Part shown: in pieces, positions 1-13,499 of the stretch | How the letters are laid out: each line of letters starts with the position of its first letter | Numbering within the stretch: the stretch's first letter is position 1 | Source of the DNA: Nageia nagi | Lineage: Eukaryota; Plantae; Pinophyta | Assembly (NCBI GenBank): GCA_050084985.1 | Contig: JBITNC010000001.1 | Location: 15,934,001 to 15,998,000 of the forward strand | Reading direction: 5' to 3' | Length of the DNA: 64,000 bases | Notes under the pieces: model-generated | What the model saw: only the letters and a program-made list of their open reading frames with translations | Told to the model about the DNA's origin: nothing | Database searches by the model: none | Position numbers and translations under genes: made by a program

Positions 1-3000
1 CCATTAGGTAGCTCAGCAAGGTTATAATGGATAAAAGGTTCCTCATCCATCCATATGCAATTTACGATCCCATCCTTAAGATATTTTACACAACCATGCA
101 ATGTGGAAGGGATGCACTCCATCTCTCTAATCCATGGCCTACCAAGTAGGAAGTTATATTATTTCTCTCCATCTATTGCCTGAAAAACATGCATGAATGG
201 TCTTGGATCCCACTAAGATAGGCAAAATAACACTACCCAATGTGTTGCATAATTGATTGATGAAAGCTCATAAAATGAGTGTGGGAGCCTTAAGATGCAA
301 CAAAGGTAGGCTAAGATTTTCAAATGTTGATGAAGAAACAACATTGATTTATAATATTTTAGATCTCATATTGAAATAATGGAATGAATGGCTCTACATT
401 CACTTGCACACTTCCACTAAAGTTAATGAAAGCATTGGGATTTGAGACATCCAACTCTATAGTTCATAATATCTTATCCAAAGCCTCTCTATGTTGATGA
501 GAATTTTTGATAAGGTACCATATAAAGAATTTTATGGGGGTAAGTTTTAGTTTCTATTCCAGGTCACTCTATAACTTCTCCTTAACACCCCATTATGTTG
601 GAGGATGAGGAGGAGGAGGAATATGATTTGGCATATTAATATCCACCCCCATATCCTTGTGAGTTTATCATTGGTATAACCCTTTGTATATGTACTGGTT
701 AGCCTTGGTGGTAGCATTAACCATACCTACAAAGTGCATCTAAGCCTCTGCCTATTTCTCTTGCCTAACCTATTATTGTTGTGTCCCATAGTTATAAGGT
801 ACATTTTGAGTAGGCTGATTGTAATGCCTAGTGGTACCAACTTGGTTCATACTCTGTTGAGGCAACACATTTTGATATACTTGTAAATTGGTGTTAGAAT
901 CCAAAGAGGTACCATTAAGCACTAACTTCCTTGAATTTATGAAGATATAAATGTTCTTACATTCATAGATGCAATAGTTGGTACTATGGCTTTCTACCCT
1001 ATGGAAATCACATAACTCATCATCTTTATACCATGGTTTGGTGTCCCAAGAAGGATCCCACTACACTTATGATAATATCAATATTTAGCATCATTGAGTT
1101 TTATGAATATCTTGGACAAAGGTTCATCCAAAGGCTCAAACTTCTTTTAGGGCCTATAATTTTACCCCTATGTTCGATTCTAATTTCTACCCTATGCTTG
1201 ATTTTGGTTGTAAGGTTGACTTGGTACATTCATTTGGTTATCCTGTTGAACATTTTGCACTGGAGGTGGTGTTGGTGCTTGGAGCATCAACTTATTGACT
1301 TGGGAGTTGCCTCCATTCATAGCACTAATCTTGTTATATCCATAACCATGGTTAGCATTTTTATTTTTTACCACCTTAATCTTACCATTATGAATTATTA
1401 CCTCCTTAATAACCTTTGCTTGGGAAATTTCTTTCTCAAAGATCCTATGTTATTGTTTTTGTAGATATGTAGAGATTTTCCTGATGCAACTTTTACTAAA
1501 TAGTCTCACCAATTCCTCTTATAGAAAATAGAAGTTCATATCTATAATTAAATAACACCACCTAACAACATAGTAAAAAATGGATTCTTGATCAAATTGA
1601 GCCAACTTTATCAAATCCATAATGGAAGCCCTCTTCTTGATATTGATAGAGAAATGTTCTAGAAAGAGGTTTGCAAGTTGCTCAAACGAATACAATCTAT
1701 GTTTTGGAAGTGAATTGTACAAATTCATATCTTGTCCCCTAAGAGTCATAGGAAAAGTTCTTAATAAAAGAGCATTATCATTCACAATCAAATAACAAGC
1801 ATATTTGAAGTGCCTCAAATGCTCTTTTGGATACTTTTTACTTTTGAACTTGTCTATTTTGGGCATCTCAAACTTCTTGGGGTAAGTGCTCATGGGAATA
1901 CAAGGATTTATAGGCTCATTACATATCTCCCCATAGCTCACTTTAGAAAATCTTGGATTAGTTGCTTTTGCCTCTAACTCTTTCAACCTTCTCATAATTT
2001 AGCTTTCATCATGCACATTAGGTACTCCAAAAGGTGAATTTGGTCCAACATGGGGTAGATTTGATCCACCATAAGATTGATTTGGATGATTTAAAAAACT
2101 CATTTGCCTATCTAATGTATGTGCATTGGGGTTATAGAATGCACCTTGTTAAGACCCTAAGATGATCCTTGTGTGTTGTGTTGAAGATATTTTTGTTTAT
2201 ATACTTGTTGATCTTGGGGCTGAAATTGAATATTAGCACCATGACTTTGTTGCATATGTTGACCACTATTCTATTACATACCATAACCTTGCCCTTGTTG
2301 TGTACCATGTGAAATAGTCTGATTTTTACTTGCATGTGAATCAGCCACCTATGTTTTGGTACATAATATTTTACATGTGCCCAACCAATTGTTGCATCTC
2401 CTTTATCAATATATTTAAGGAACCTTTTGGGTATTATGTTGGTTGGAATTTTGGGTGGAGTTATGAGCTCCATAAAGGTTTTGCATGTTAGAATTGGAAG
2501 TATTTTGGAATGAAATATTTTAGAATTGAGCTATATCTTGGTTTAACCCACTTTGGGTATTGTGGAATGGAGGAGTTTGAAAGTGACTCATACCTTAATT
2601 TGATCCACTTTGGGTATTTGGTTGGTTTTGTACAAAAGGTTGACCAAGGCCATCCCAATCATCAAGATTAGCTTGGTTTGATTGATAAACATGGGGTATT
2701 TGATCTTGTGGATTAATGCTCCAAGACACTTACTTTTGTGGGATTTGAAAATTATTTGCATTAGTGTTTTGGACATTTGATGAGTTTTGGAAGGTAAGTT
2801 TTTGGGAATAATTGGCTTGGTTGGAGTTCATTTACCTTTGAAAAGGAGGAGGTGTGTTGTTTTGAACAACATTTTGAAAGTTGCATATTATATTTTGAAA
2901 ATATTATTGTTGTTTAACTTTAGGTTAGGGTTGAGGTTGAGGTTGTGGGATGATGCATTTTTCTTGGGATAACCTTTGGTTAAATATTTCTTTTCCTTGT

Positions 3001-3640
3001 TTGATATTCTTTTGAAAATTAAGCAAATAAATATTTGGTTGTAGGTTCTCCACAACCGAAGGTTCTTTGTATGGTTTAGGTATTTTAAATGTGGTATCTT
3101 GGTTGGTAGATAGTTTTCATTCTTGAGGTGGAGACCAACCTTGGCCATCATTTTATGCAATGGGTATTTTAGGTGGATTAAGATCACTCTATGAGATGGC
3201 TGGTTGAGAGATTTTTTTTGAATATTATCCATCATACATTGGTACCAATTTCTTTCATTAGGATATTTTTTATTAATTTTTGGAGAGGATAAAGATGTAC
3301 CAATAGAAGCTTGTGGTACACTCCCAGTCATGATGGCACTATTGTACTTATCATACCAAACCAAAATATCTCTTAGCACTCCATATGATTATGGAGAAGC
3401 TTGTGTTATGGGACCATCTAAGTTGTGAACTTCCTCCATCACTCTTGCCATTTGTTTGGGTGTAAGACATTGAAAGGTCTATAGTGCCTTGTGGAACCCA
3501 ATGGACTATTTATCCACACTATTTGCTGGCTCATCTTTTACCTCACTTTCCTCTTTTTATTTCTTTTTAACCCTTTCTTCCACCATTCCCACAAGATAAT
3601 CCTCATACCAAGTTGGATATTTAGATAGATTAGGCTCCAT
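1..3640 (-). pseudogene. Decayed Gypsy gag-protease
   Basis: ORF 1519-1995 has a Retrotrans_gag pattern (KFEMPKIDKF..PKEHLRHF..LLLRTFPMTLRG..SFEQLANLFLEHF). Zinc-knuckle-like CDFHRVESH at ~985-1015. Protease-associated YNFLLGRPW and [12 protein letters not shown] at ~80-165. Many stops and frameshifts; the start is approximate. Confidence 0.85.
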
Positions 3641-5423
3641 TATAACAAACTACAATGTAGAACTTTTACAACTATGAGTACAATAGAAGTGAAAGTGCAA
3701 ACATGAATGAAACAAACAACAAATAAAGAGCTTTTGATATTTTCAAAAAACTTATTCTTGTTTAGTTTGGTGAAAGTTTAATACAAACACTTAAGATGAT
3801 ATGCAAGCACTATAACAAGATAGCAATGATTTGAGATAGCAATTTTTATTTATTTGCTCTAGTTTTTTCTTTGTTCAATTAAACACTTATCTTTTTAGTT
3901 TTGATAGATTTTAATGCAAATTTTTCATTTTGACACAACCTTGTCTAAGTTTCCCTAGATACAATGATTCTAGTCAAGCATTTACCAAGGAAAAGGCTCG
4001 ATATTTTAGGTGTGTAGATCATTTTGCAAGGGTGCACAAGTACCTCTATAGGAAGCTATCTTGAATAAAGGTGGGCTCCCACTTCAATTTTCATATCCAA
4101 GTATTAGTTAGTCCATGATAATAATTTCCATGTACCCTATTAACTCCTTATGATTATGATGGAATTTAGTACAAAAATAAAATATGAGATGCAATTAACT
4201 TGAAGTGCAAACTACTCCCTCAACAATAGTGGCAATCCCTTCCCAAGTATGCTTTTTTTGATAAACTTTTTCTTTTCAAATTGAATGAAGCAAACCAATG
4301 ATTTTATATGCAATCAACAAAGAGAAAACCAATTACCAATAAAAAAGTAAAATCCTATTTCAAGATATAAATTTTAAGTCCAAAGTGAATTTCTTGTGTA
4401 TGCAATAATACCCCCCATGGATGAATGCAATTTTTTGCTATTACACAACTCAAAGAAAGGCAAGCATAGGATGCACCAAGCAATGAAATGGTATAAAAAG
4501 GAATTCAAATTCTTACCTAGATAAGAATGTTTCCTCCTTCTCTAGGTGTAAAACCAAGTAGGTTACAATTCCCTCCCAGAATAAGAGATATTTAAACAAA
4601 CTAAATCCAATCACCAAGGTAACTAAGCAAAAATGAAAACAACAATGGATGCACACCCTATCATGGGTGTAAACACATTCCCTACAATGTTACACTACTA
4701 TGTTTGGCTATGATAATCCAAAAAACCATACCTTTTTAAAAAAAAATTATTAAAAACTTGAAAAAATAAAGTTCATTAGTCCAAGGTGTAGTTGGAATCG
4801 CGTCTTGACTGAGTTTTGACTAAGAAAAATAGGCCTTTATTTCTAGACATAGTCTGAACTACATCTCATCTATTTTTTTCTTAGTAAAAAAAGCCTTTGT
4901 TTAGGGGTATAGTATTCTCAATTTAGTTTGAAGGCTCAAAATGGGTTACTTTTGGGCATAATACACCTAGATTCTAAGCATGATGTGCCTAGGGTTTTGG
5001 GACTTAGGTGCAGTATGCCTAATCCTAGGCATGATGCACCTAGCTACTAGTATCTAGGGTGTAGTGTGCCTAATGCTAAGCATAGTGTACCTAGGTTGGA
5101 GTGTATTCTAAGCTCTAAAATTATTCTGAAATCTTTCTTCAACTTCTTTCCTCTATTTCTAAGCATGGTGCAACTATTTCTAGGAATGATTTGACTATGA
5201 CTAGGCAAAAATGGAATATCAGAGCCCCAAATCTCATATCCAATCTTCTTCTCTCCTTAGGATTTCCTATCAAAATCTCATACAAATTTGGTCATAAATT
5301 GGATATTCTTTACTTATTTTCCCCACTTAGGAGGGTGAAAAACAAGAAACATAAAAAATGATCAAAACTTAAAAATTGAAGGAAACAAGTGAGGAAAATA
5401 CCAAATTCGAAGGTTGTAGCTAG

Positions 5424-5440
5424 TCACATTTGATTTACCA
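5424..5440 (-). promoter_or_regulatory. Primer-binding site, degenerate tRNA-Trp type
   Basis: Minus strand reads TGGTAAATCAAATGTGA 5 nt after the LTR end, versus the plant tRNA-Trp complement TGGTGAACCCGACGTGA recalled from memory. Differences are mostly transitions. Confidence 0.6.
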
Positions 5441-5445
5441 TTTAA

Positions 5446-6598
5446 TGTACACTAAAATTAATGTTATATATGGCTTAACTAGCATAAATAAGTTAAATGC
5501 ACATAAAAACCTCAAAATACATAACTCTACTTTATTTAATGAACATTAGTTAGCAATTTTGATAAAGGTATGTTTAGATCTTTGAATATTAAGCTGAAAC
5601 TTTGCAAGAACCTTAAGAAACCCTAAATACATCTAGATGGAAAAGGGGACCTCCAAACCTAGGCCCTTTGAGGTACCTAGGTGAGCATAAAGTGAGTCTC
5701 CTTACTTCAAATGGCATGTGAGTTCCCAAGCCCTCTATTAATTAAGAACAAACAAATTATGTATACCTATTGTGCAAATACTTTAGTCTATGTGCTCTTT
5801 GTACAAATTCAATGGTTGATGCAAACTATGGATGTAATATTTACATGTTTTGATGGCTAAATTTGAGATCTAAAACATTAAAACCTTGAAATCCTTAAAA
5901 TTTTTTAAAATGCAAAGATCCTTGAATCAATAAGATTTAGGATACCGATAAGATCTAATGAATGTTCACACTATATGTTTAAGCTATTATGGATTTAGAC
6001 AAAAATTATAATAGTGGAAATGCAATATATCATGAATTTACCCTAAACATCATATTATATGCACACAAGTTGGTGGAGGATACAAGAGGTAGGTCTTCTC
6101 AAGCTTCTCCATGGTTGTATTGTGTTCAAACCCTACAAAAACCTTGAATACATGCAATACATACAATTATACAACAATTCAACCATAGAAATTACATGGA
6201 GATATCACCTCATGAATGTGAACTCAAGCTTTGAAGAACTTGATGGATATTTGTGGTGAAAACCTTGAATCTTTAAAAAACTTATCTCAAACCCTAGCAT
6301 TGATCTTGGAGCAACAATGTGAGAGCAAAAATCATAAGAGAGTATGTGAGCAAATTAATTATGACCCATTTTCTAATTTTTCATTGAGTTATATACCTCT
6401 TGAGTGAATTTAAGTTATTTGAGCTAGATACCCACTTTTGCTCATATTTGTGTTTTAAGTCACTTTTTTTCCTAATTTAGTCTTTAAAGGAGTTTTACTT
6501 TGTATAATAAAAATTAAGAATAATCAAACAATGAATTATAATATTTCCATATCATATAAATATCTCTACTCGAAAAGTGTTATTTTTCAGTGTCTACA
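5446..6598 (-). repeat. 5' LTR (~1.15 kb) of the Gypsy element
   Basis: TGTACAC...GTGTCTACA termini; colinear over its full length with the solo LTR at 46844-48007. Confidence 0.85.
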
Positions 6599-7908
6599 CC
6601 AAGCATAGCCAATTTTGACCTTATTATTGAGAAAAGAAGTATCTTTATGCCAAGCCCAATCCTTCCATCATGGTTGTTTAGATTTCATAACAATTTTGTT
6701 TCATTTATCAAAGTAATGTTTTTCAATCATAGTATCATATGTGGATCTATCCACACCATTGAAATGAATAGTGTGTCTAAAAATATTCCACAAGATCCGA
6801 TATCATGTTTGTCTTGAGAAAAAAATTTTAATTATCATAATTCTACATTTGAAGAATTTTTGAACATGAACCCATTGGACTTGTGTCAAAGCATTTCCTT
6901 GAAATTTAATGATTGTGTACCACCATATATTGAGAGAATTGATGGAAATTTCATTACAAAAATTGGAACCTTTCCATTGAATCCATGACCAAAGTTGTTA
7001 TTGGGATTTCAACATACTCTTTACCACAAATGAACTAAGGATTTTAACATCCATATGTACAAACAGAAAGAGAAAAATATCCATTCCCAACCATTATCTA
7101 TAGTTTAGGGGAAGATAAGAAGAGATGAAGTTTTGAATGAGTATTGTCCATTCCTCAACACCTTAGATTGCTCAAACCATCCATTTAGCAATAAAGTTAT
7201 GCCTTATTGTTTATAGTCTATCATGCCCCTCCCATCCCAATATTTGGGAAGGAAACATGTTTCATATGCTACCCAATGAAATCCTTTCCTTTTAGAGGAA
7301 TTAGACTATATGAATCTCTTAGAAAATATTTCAATTTCTAATAGCATGCCTTTGAAGGGACCCAATAAGAAGAGTAGTAGCATGTGTGGAAGTAGTAACT
7401 TTTGAGAAAATTTAGAATTTTCTAGATAGTGAAAGTTTTTTGGAGTTATAATACTAATTGATACAAACCAATATCTTTAGTGTAAAATGTATTGAGTGAG
7501 AATACAATTGAAGCATTCTGGAAGAGCATCCTTATAGAATGAATGAAATTTTGACCAAACCTAAGAGACTCCAATATGGAGAGAATAAAAACCCACTAAA
7601 TTATATCATATGCTTTCAAAGTCCAATATGGTAAAAAGGGAAGGTTGTTTAGACATTGATACCATTCCATACCCTACCAAAATGCTATGATATTATCCTA
7701 AATGTACCTATTCTATTTGAACCTAATATTTGTTGATATGATAATTAATGATAATAGAGGTAGAACCTATAAAGCTAAAGCTTTGAACATGATTTTGTAG
7801 CTTACATTCAATAGATTAATCAACCTCTAGTGGTGATGATATCATAATATCCCTATTTTGGGATAAATTTGATATTACCTCTATTGATAAAAGTTCTAAG
7901 TGAGCCAA

Positions 7909-8176
7909 TATATAAATATTCAAGATAGACTTGATGCCTATTAGAACCCATAAAATCTTAACAAGGTTTGTAAAATTTGTAGGGGAAGCCATGAAGTCTA
8001 GGTGCCTTAGCATCTACCATTTGAGATAGAGCATCAACCAAGTATGTAAATCTTCAAGATAGACTTGAAGCATATTAAAACCCATAAAATCCCAACAAGG
8101 TTTGTAAAATTAATAGGGGAAGCCATGAAGTATAGGTGCCTTAGCATCTACTATTTGAGATAAATAATCAATCAAG
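7909..8176. repeat. Tandem duplication (2 x ~134 bp) within the LINE RT
   Basis: Unit tatataaatattcaagatagacttg...gcatcaaccaag is repeated at once as tatgtaaatcttcaagatagacttg...aatcaatcaag. The sister LINE has a single unit at ~61826-61962. Confidence 0.85.
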
Positions 8177-8778
8177 TCTTAGACCAAAAGGAGCTTATCA
8201 TAATCTTCTCATTGAGAGGGAGATAAACAAATGGGGATAACATATTTATAATGTTGAAGATTCTATCCCTTTTAGGTGTGTAAGGTTGGGCAAAAAAACA
8301 TAAGTGTAGTGTCTATAAAAATCTTAGGTAAATTATTAAGCCTTACTCCCTTATCCATAATGAATTGAAATTATGTGGATTTGATAGGTGGGGGAATTTT
8401 TTGGAAGAATTCCTTGGAGATTCTATCTCTAATTTTTAAACAAAAAATATTGGCTTTTAATTGAGCTCCTTTAGCATCATACATTTATTCAAGCTTGATT
8501 TAATTTAGATTTGAGATACTTGAGCTTGTATGGATAAACTAAAAGGATTTGCTTTGAATCAAATAGAAGCTTTGGCTAATTCATCTCTTAAAATAAATTT
8601 GGAGTGATGATGAAAATTAGATAGCTTCTTTTCCATACTACATAGAAGAGTAGTAATGCAATAGATAACATCATTCCATCATTTTATCTAGCTGAACTCC
8701 CCTTTGGGTCTATGGAAAATATTTAAAACATGATGGATGTGACAAACCATGGATTCATGTTTGAAAAAATATATGTTC

Positions 8779-9431
8779 TGTTAAAAATGGGACTATAGCC
8801 AGCCAGCCAACCAGCCAGACCCTGTCAGAATTGGCCAACCAGCCAGACCCTATCAGAACCAGCCAATTGACCAACCAACTGGCCAAAATAGAGAGCATTT
8901 CTTTTCTCATTTGACACCAAATTTTAGTTGCCAAGAAGCCATGACACTTGGATATGAGTTACTGAAGGGTTGGGGGTAACCTCATGACCTTCTAGATCCA
9001 GCTTGGGTTTATGTTGGGTTTGTTTGTATTTATAAATAAGAGGCTTGAGTTAGGCATATAGATTGAAGTTTGGAAGTAGTTTTAGCAGCAGTTGTGAGTT
9101 GATTGTAATTGTAGTTTGGTGGCTTATGTAGATAGCCTGAAAGAGAGAGATTGTAGTGAGGCTTTGTTGTAGCTCCAAAGTGAAGGTTGTAGCAAGGTTG
9201 TGCTACTGGTTTGTTGCTTGGAGGACTTGGAAGAATGTTATGCAAAAGGGTTGAAAGCTTCTCCATGGATGTAGCCTACATTGGGTGAACCATGTTATCT
9301 CTTGTGTCTCTCATTGTGTGATTGATGTTCATAGTTGTTTGATTTCAAATATGCTTGAATGTTGTTTTTTTTGCCAAGGAGTAGGAGAATTATTGATGCT
9401 CTTGTTTATATGAAATTATTGAATCCTAACA
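8779..9431 (+). mobile_element. Solo LTR (653 bp, Copia-like) inserted in the LINE
   Basis: TGTTA...TAACA termini; perfect 5-bp TSD TGTTC (8774-8778, 9432-9436); LTR motif GATGTAGCC..GGGTGAACCA; short CCAG repeats at the 5' end. Confidence 0.9.
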
Positions 9432-12010
9432 TGTTCAAGAAGAATTTAAATTTTTAATGTCATTAATGCAAAGCAAAAAATTTGATAGTGAATATTATAG
9501 ACAAGTGGTCAAAAGACATCATTATAGGGATGAATTCAATGTATGGAGCATATAGAAGAAACCAAATAAATAAAAATTCATGTTTCTCCAACAACATGAA
9601 TCTATCCAAATGTTTAAATAATCTTGCATGGACAACTTGGAAGCTCAACTATGTATACATGAGCTCGTTATAAAATTGGTTAACTATGAAATAAGTGTTG
9701 GGGTTAGAAAACCCTAGCTTATTTTTGATAAAAAAAAACCAATCTTCTCATTCTTCAATGGCCCATATATTTGGAATAGTACTAAATTTTCAAAGATCTT
9801 TTCTAGTATATTAAAATCCCTGCACATAAACCATATTGCAAGTGGAAGTGATAGAGCACACCAATGCTAGAGGACACTTTTTTCCTATGCTTCATTATAA
9901 GCATATATATTAATAACCCTAAAATAAATTCTTCTTATTTTAAGTAAAATAAAAACTACATTATGTAAGGTGTTAGTTCCCCAAGTGAAAATGTTGCCTT
10001 TCCATTTTTAGTTATCATAATGATAACTCCTCCATAACTGTGGGGGTGATTGGTAGTATACATATGGATATCAGCCCAAAGGAGGGAACATGCATATTTC
10101 AAAGTGAAATAAAAATATTTCACTTCTTGTAAACAAATATAATCTCATCATCCATAAAGGTGAAAATAAGTATCAAACTCATCATGGACCATAAACCTTT
10201 GGATTGGGTTTGTCAGTCCTCTTACATTTTAGGAGAGAAATATCATCCAGATGAGTTTAGGATCATACCTCCACTAGTATAATTAGAAAGGATAAAAAGC
10301 TTGTGAAAATAATTACTCATAAAACTTTCCAAAGTTCTATAAGAGAAATTTATATGTATTTTCTTATTATCTTAGACATATTTGATGACTGTGAGGAGGG
10401 AAACATGATTATTGTCATGTTCCTTAGAGTTGAGACCCTTCTATCACTTACAATAGTTGAATAAATAAAGAGATAGGAGGGATATTTTCATCATAATGAA
10501 ACTCAACTATCACTTTAAATGTAAGGGAAGAAGGTTGAGCTAGAGTGGGTGTGGGAGTCTACATTTGCAAGGCTATCGTAAGAGTCATTGCTTTAGCATA
10601 TGTCATTGTAGATTGTCCAGTAGTTATAGCCTTACCACCTTTGATTTTTTTGGGTAAACTTAGTCCATTCTCCTTGGCCTATAGCAATAGGGGTTAGCAT
10701 GGTGTGATCTTGAATTGGGGCTATTGAATCCTTGGCCTTGAATTTATCCATAATTAGAGGGACATGATTGATTTTGCAAGTAGCCAATTAGCATTTATAA
10801 TAGGTATTGGAAAGGTTTAAATATAATAACATCTTTTGAATTAAGATGGTACCTACTTGGATATTAATATACTCTTTTAGATTTTTGGTGAGGTCCACCT
10901 TGACACACATTCTATGATTTAGTTGAGCCACATAGAAATGGGTCAATTCATCATAAATAAAGTTTTCTATAAGAGATATGAGACTCTTTGTAAAATGCCA
11001 CACCACTAAAGGGAGGCTTGGGAATTAAACCTAAACAAAAATGATAAGGAAAACATCATTGGAAATCATAAAATCCCAAATATATGGTTCAAAAACAAGG
11101 AAAGTGTTATGAACATACAAGGGCCTTTACTTAAGATCTATTAAACTTTTTCACATGGAAATGGAAGAAACCTTTGGTAACACTTTGCACATGGTAGACC
11201 TAGATGCCATAAGGCTACCAATATTGCTCAATCCAATTCTTCAAGGTAGAATATGAAGGGATACAACATAAGAAATATCCTATAAGAGTATGAATCTCAA
11301 TCCATGCACATGCTTGATTAAATTCATGCAATAGAATGATAATATTAGGAGAGGAATTACCTTGTGGAATTCCTTGGGGACTAATCTCCTCAGGTGCTTC
11401 ATAGGTGATGCCATTTTTCACACCACTAACTTTAGATGAAGTTGTAGAGTGGGATGATTACAATACTGGATGATTAGAAAATCCCATACATTCTCCAAAA
11501 ATGATGGTTTAAAATTAACTATAAAATCTTAAAAACATATGCAATTCTCTCTCGAATCTCTCTAAAAACTTTAAATTTTACTAACTTATTCAAGAAAAAT
11601 GCTCTACATGATTTCATCATAATTAATTAAAAATAATTAAAAGCATCTATCCTTTTTTCTATACTCTATACTATAATATCAACTTCATAGATAAATATAA
11701 AAGTATAGCCCCAAAACTATAATATTATTTCAATATGGTTGTGCAATAGTGAGGCAATAAAATCTACAATATTACTTCCATATGGGTGTGCTATGCTTTG
11801 GGAGAAAGCTACGATAGCTTAGAGGAGACTCCATTCAATATTAGTGATCTAAAAACCTTTTCATTAAAAGCATAATCTAAATAAAAAATAGAGGAGCATG
11901 TTTGTGATACCATTTTCACACCATAGGCTTCAACCAAGCACACTAGAGACGCTACAAATAAGCACAAATTTGCCAAGTCAAATAGACATGACCTATAAGA
12001 AATATGGCTA

Positions 12011-13290
12011 TGTAACAAACCTTAAGGAGAAAATAAAATCATCTAAGCAAAGGTGTGACAGGAGGGAGCTTATCCAATAACTTGCTACTCACAAATGAAT
12101 TCAAGTCTCCAACATGCCATAGAAGATAGTCCAAACATGAATTCACATGAAGAACAATAACAAATAATATATTAACATTAGAATTGAAACAAGTAATTCT
12201 AAAAGGAAAATGACCTCAAAACATAGTCTCAAGAGTTTAGAATGGAATTGGGTAGTGTATACAGTCAAGGGAAATCATTCCAATAAGATAAATTACAAAA
12301 ATCTAAGTAAAATACCCATACCAAAATTTAAATAAATCCCAAATACAACCCAAAATAGATTGAGCATCATGAAACTATTCCCAAATTCTAAAAATAAAAA
12401 AACCTATGCTAAGAAACAAATGTCATCCAAGAACTCGCATCTCTTTTCTTGTGAATTCTAGAAGCATCATAAAGGATAATGGAACAAATCGGTATTAACT
12501 ATATGTTAAACATAATAACTGATCCTCTAATCTACATTTTCTTGATACATAAAATGAGGTTCTGAAATATGGAAGGGAGAGATGAACCCATATGATAGCT
12601 TCTTGAACCAATATCATTCCTCACAAAATCTACATGCTCCTCTTTCCTTCCTCTCCTAATCTCACAAATTTCTATCCTTTGGGCATGTTTGTAAAAATTA
12701 TTTGAGCAATACTTTCCTTCTATTCCTTGACATCTCCTACTATTTTAATCCCTCAAACTTCTAAATTCTTTTTGTGCATGGCAAGAGGAGTGAGTTTGTA
12801 TCTTGTATGTATGAAAGATATTCAAAAAGGTAATTATAATTAATTAAAATCATAGTAAGAAAATTACCTTTCTCTTTCAATGTACCATTTTGTAGTTAGG
12901 ATTTGCCATACCATCATGAAATAGCATCATACATAGTTTATTCTCTATAATTCAAACTATTTTAATATATTGAAATAGTATGGTGACCAAGTTTTAAGTC
13001 TTATAATATTCCACAATTTAATTTTAGTTTTTAGTCAAGGTCTTGAAGATTGGGGTTGTTACATCTTGTCCCTCAAGGATAAAATAGTATCCTCAATGTT
13101 TCTTAGTTTTTACTAAAAACTGATAGGGAAATTATCATCTCATTAGAGATTCATCTTACCAAGTAGTAAAATCCTCAAAATAGTGATCCCATTGAACCCT
13201 AAATTGGTTCACTTCATGATTTTGTAAGGCATTGATTTGAAACTCTAATATTTGCACTGATTCTACTTCCACTGTTGTGGGGTACTTCAT
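12011..13290 (-). mobile_element. Chromovirus (Tekay/Del-like) 3' end: chromodomain remnant, PPT and 3' LTR (12011-13063)
   Basis: Minus strand QFRVQWDHYFEDFTTW*D (chromodomain) at ~13155-13207; purine tract GAGGGACAAGA followed by TGTAACAACCCC; 8-bp inverted termini TGTAACAA/TTGTTACA. Confidence 0.65.
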
Positions 13291-13499
13291 CTACAATGTG
13301 TCAAAATTCTATACACAACTAAAATCTCTCTTAAAGACCCTAAGAGGGCAATTTTAAACCACAACTATGGTAATTTTAAGTTTCCTTCATAGTGATAAAT
13401 AATGATAATTTTTAAGGTAATTTTTAACGACCCTTGTATATTGTTAACATTTTAATGATACTTTCATATAAACAAGGCCCAAAAGTCACCCTAAAATAA

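Larger units (their letters stand above)
1..6598 (-). mobile_element. Ty3/Gypsy LTR retrotransposon (non-chromovirus, Tat/Ogre-like), 5' part; runs off the window start
   Basis: 5' LTR at 5446-6598 with TG..CA ends (minus strand starts TGTAGACAC), adjacent PBS, ~1.8 kb leader, then decayed gag and protease on the minus strand. Confidence 0.85.
6599..11570 (-). mobile_element. L1-type LINE, decayed, with ORF1 and ORF2 remnants
   Basis: ORF1 DUF4283-like LIGYFLCCIPSYSTLKNWIEQYW (11215-11421) and HRMCVKVDLTKNLKEYINIQVG (10788-11006). ORF2 RT motifs DALSQMVDAKAPRLHGFP (KAPGPDG type, ~7985-8040) and LDFE/AYD (~7605-7630). GA-rich 5' end at ~11550. Confidence 0.8.

Noticed and set aside
1033-1464. 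Hydrophobic 143-aa plus-strand ORF as a membrane or env protein
   Set aside because: It is the antisense shadow of the N/Q/K-rich gag region on the minus strand.
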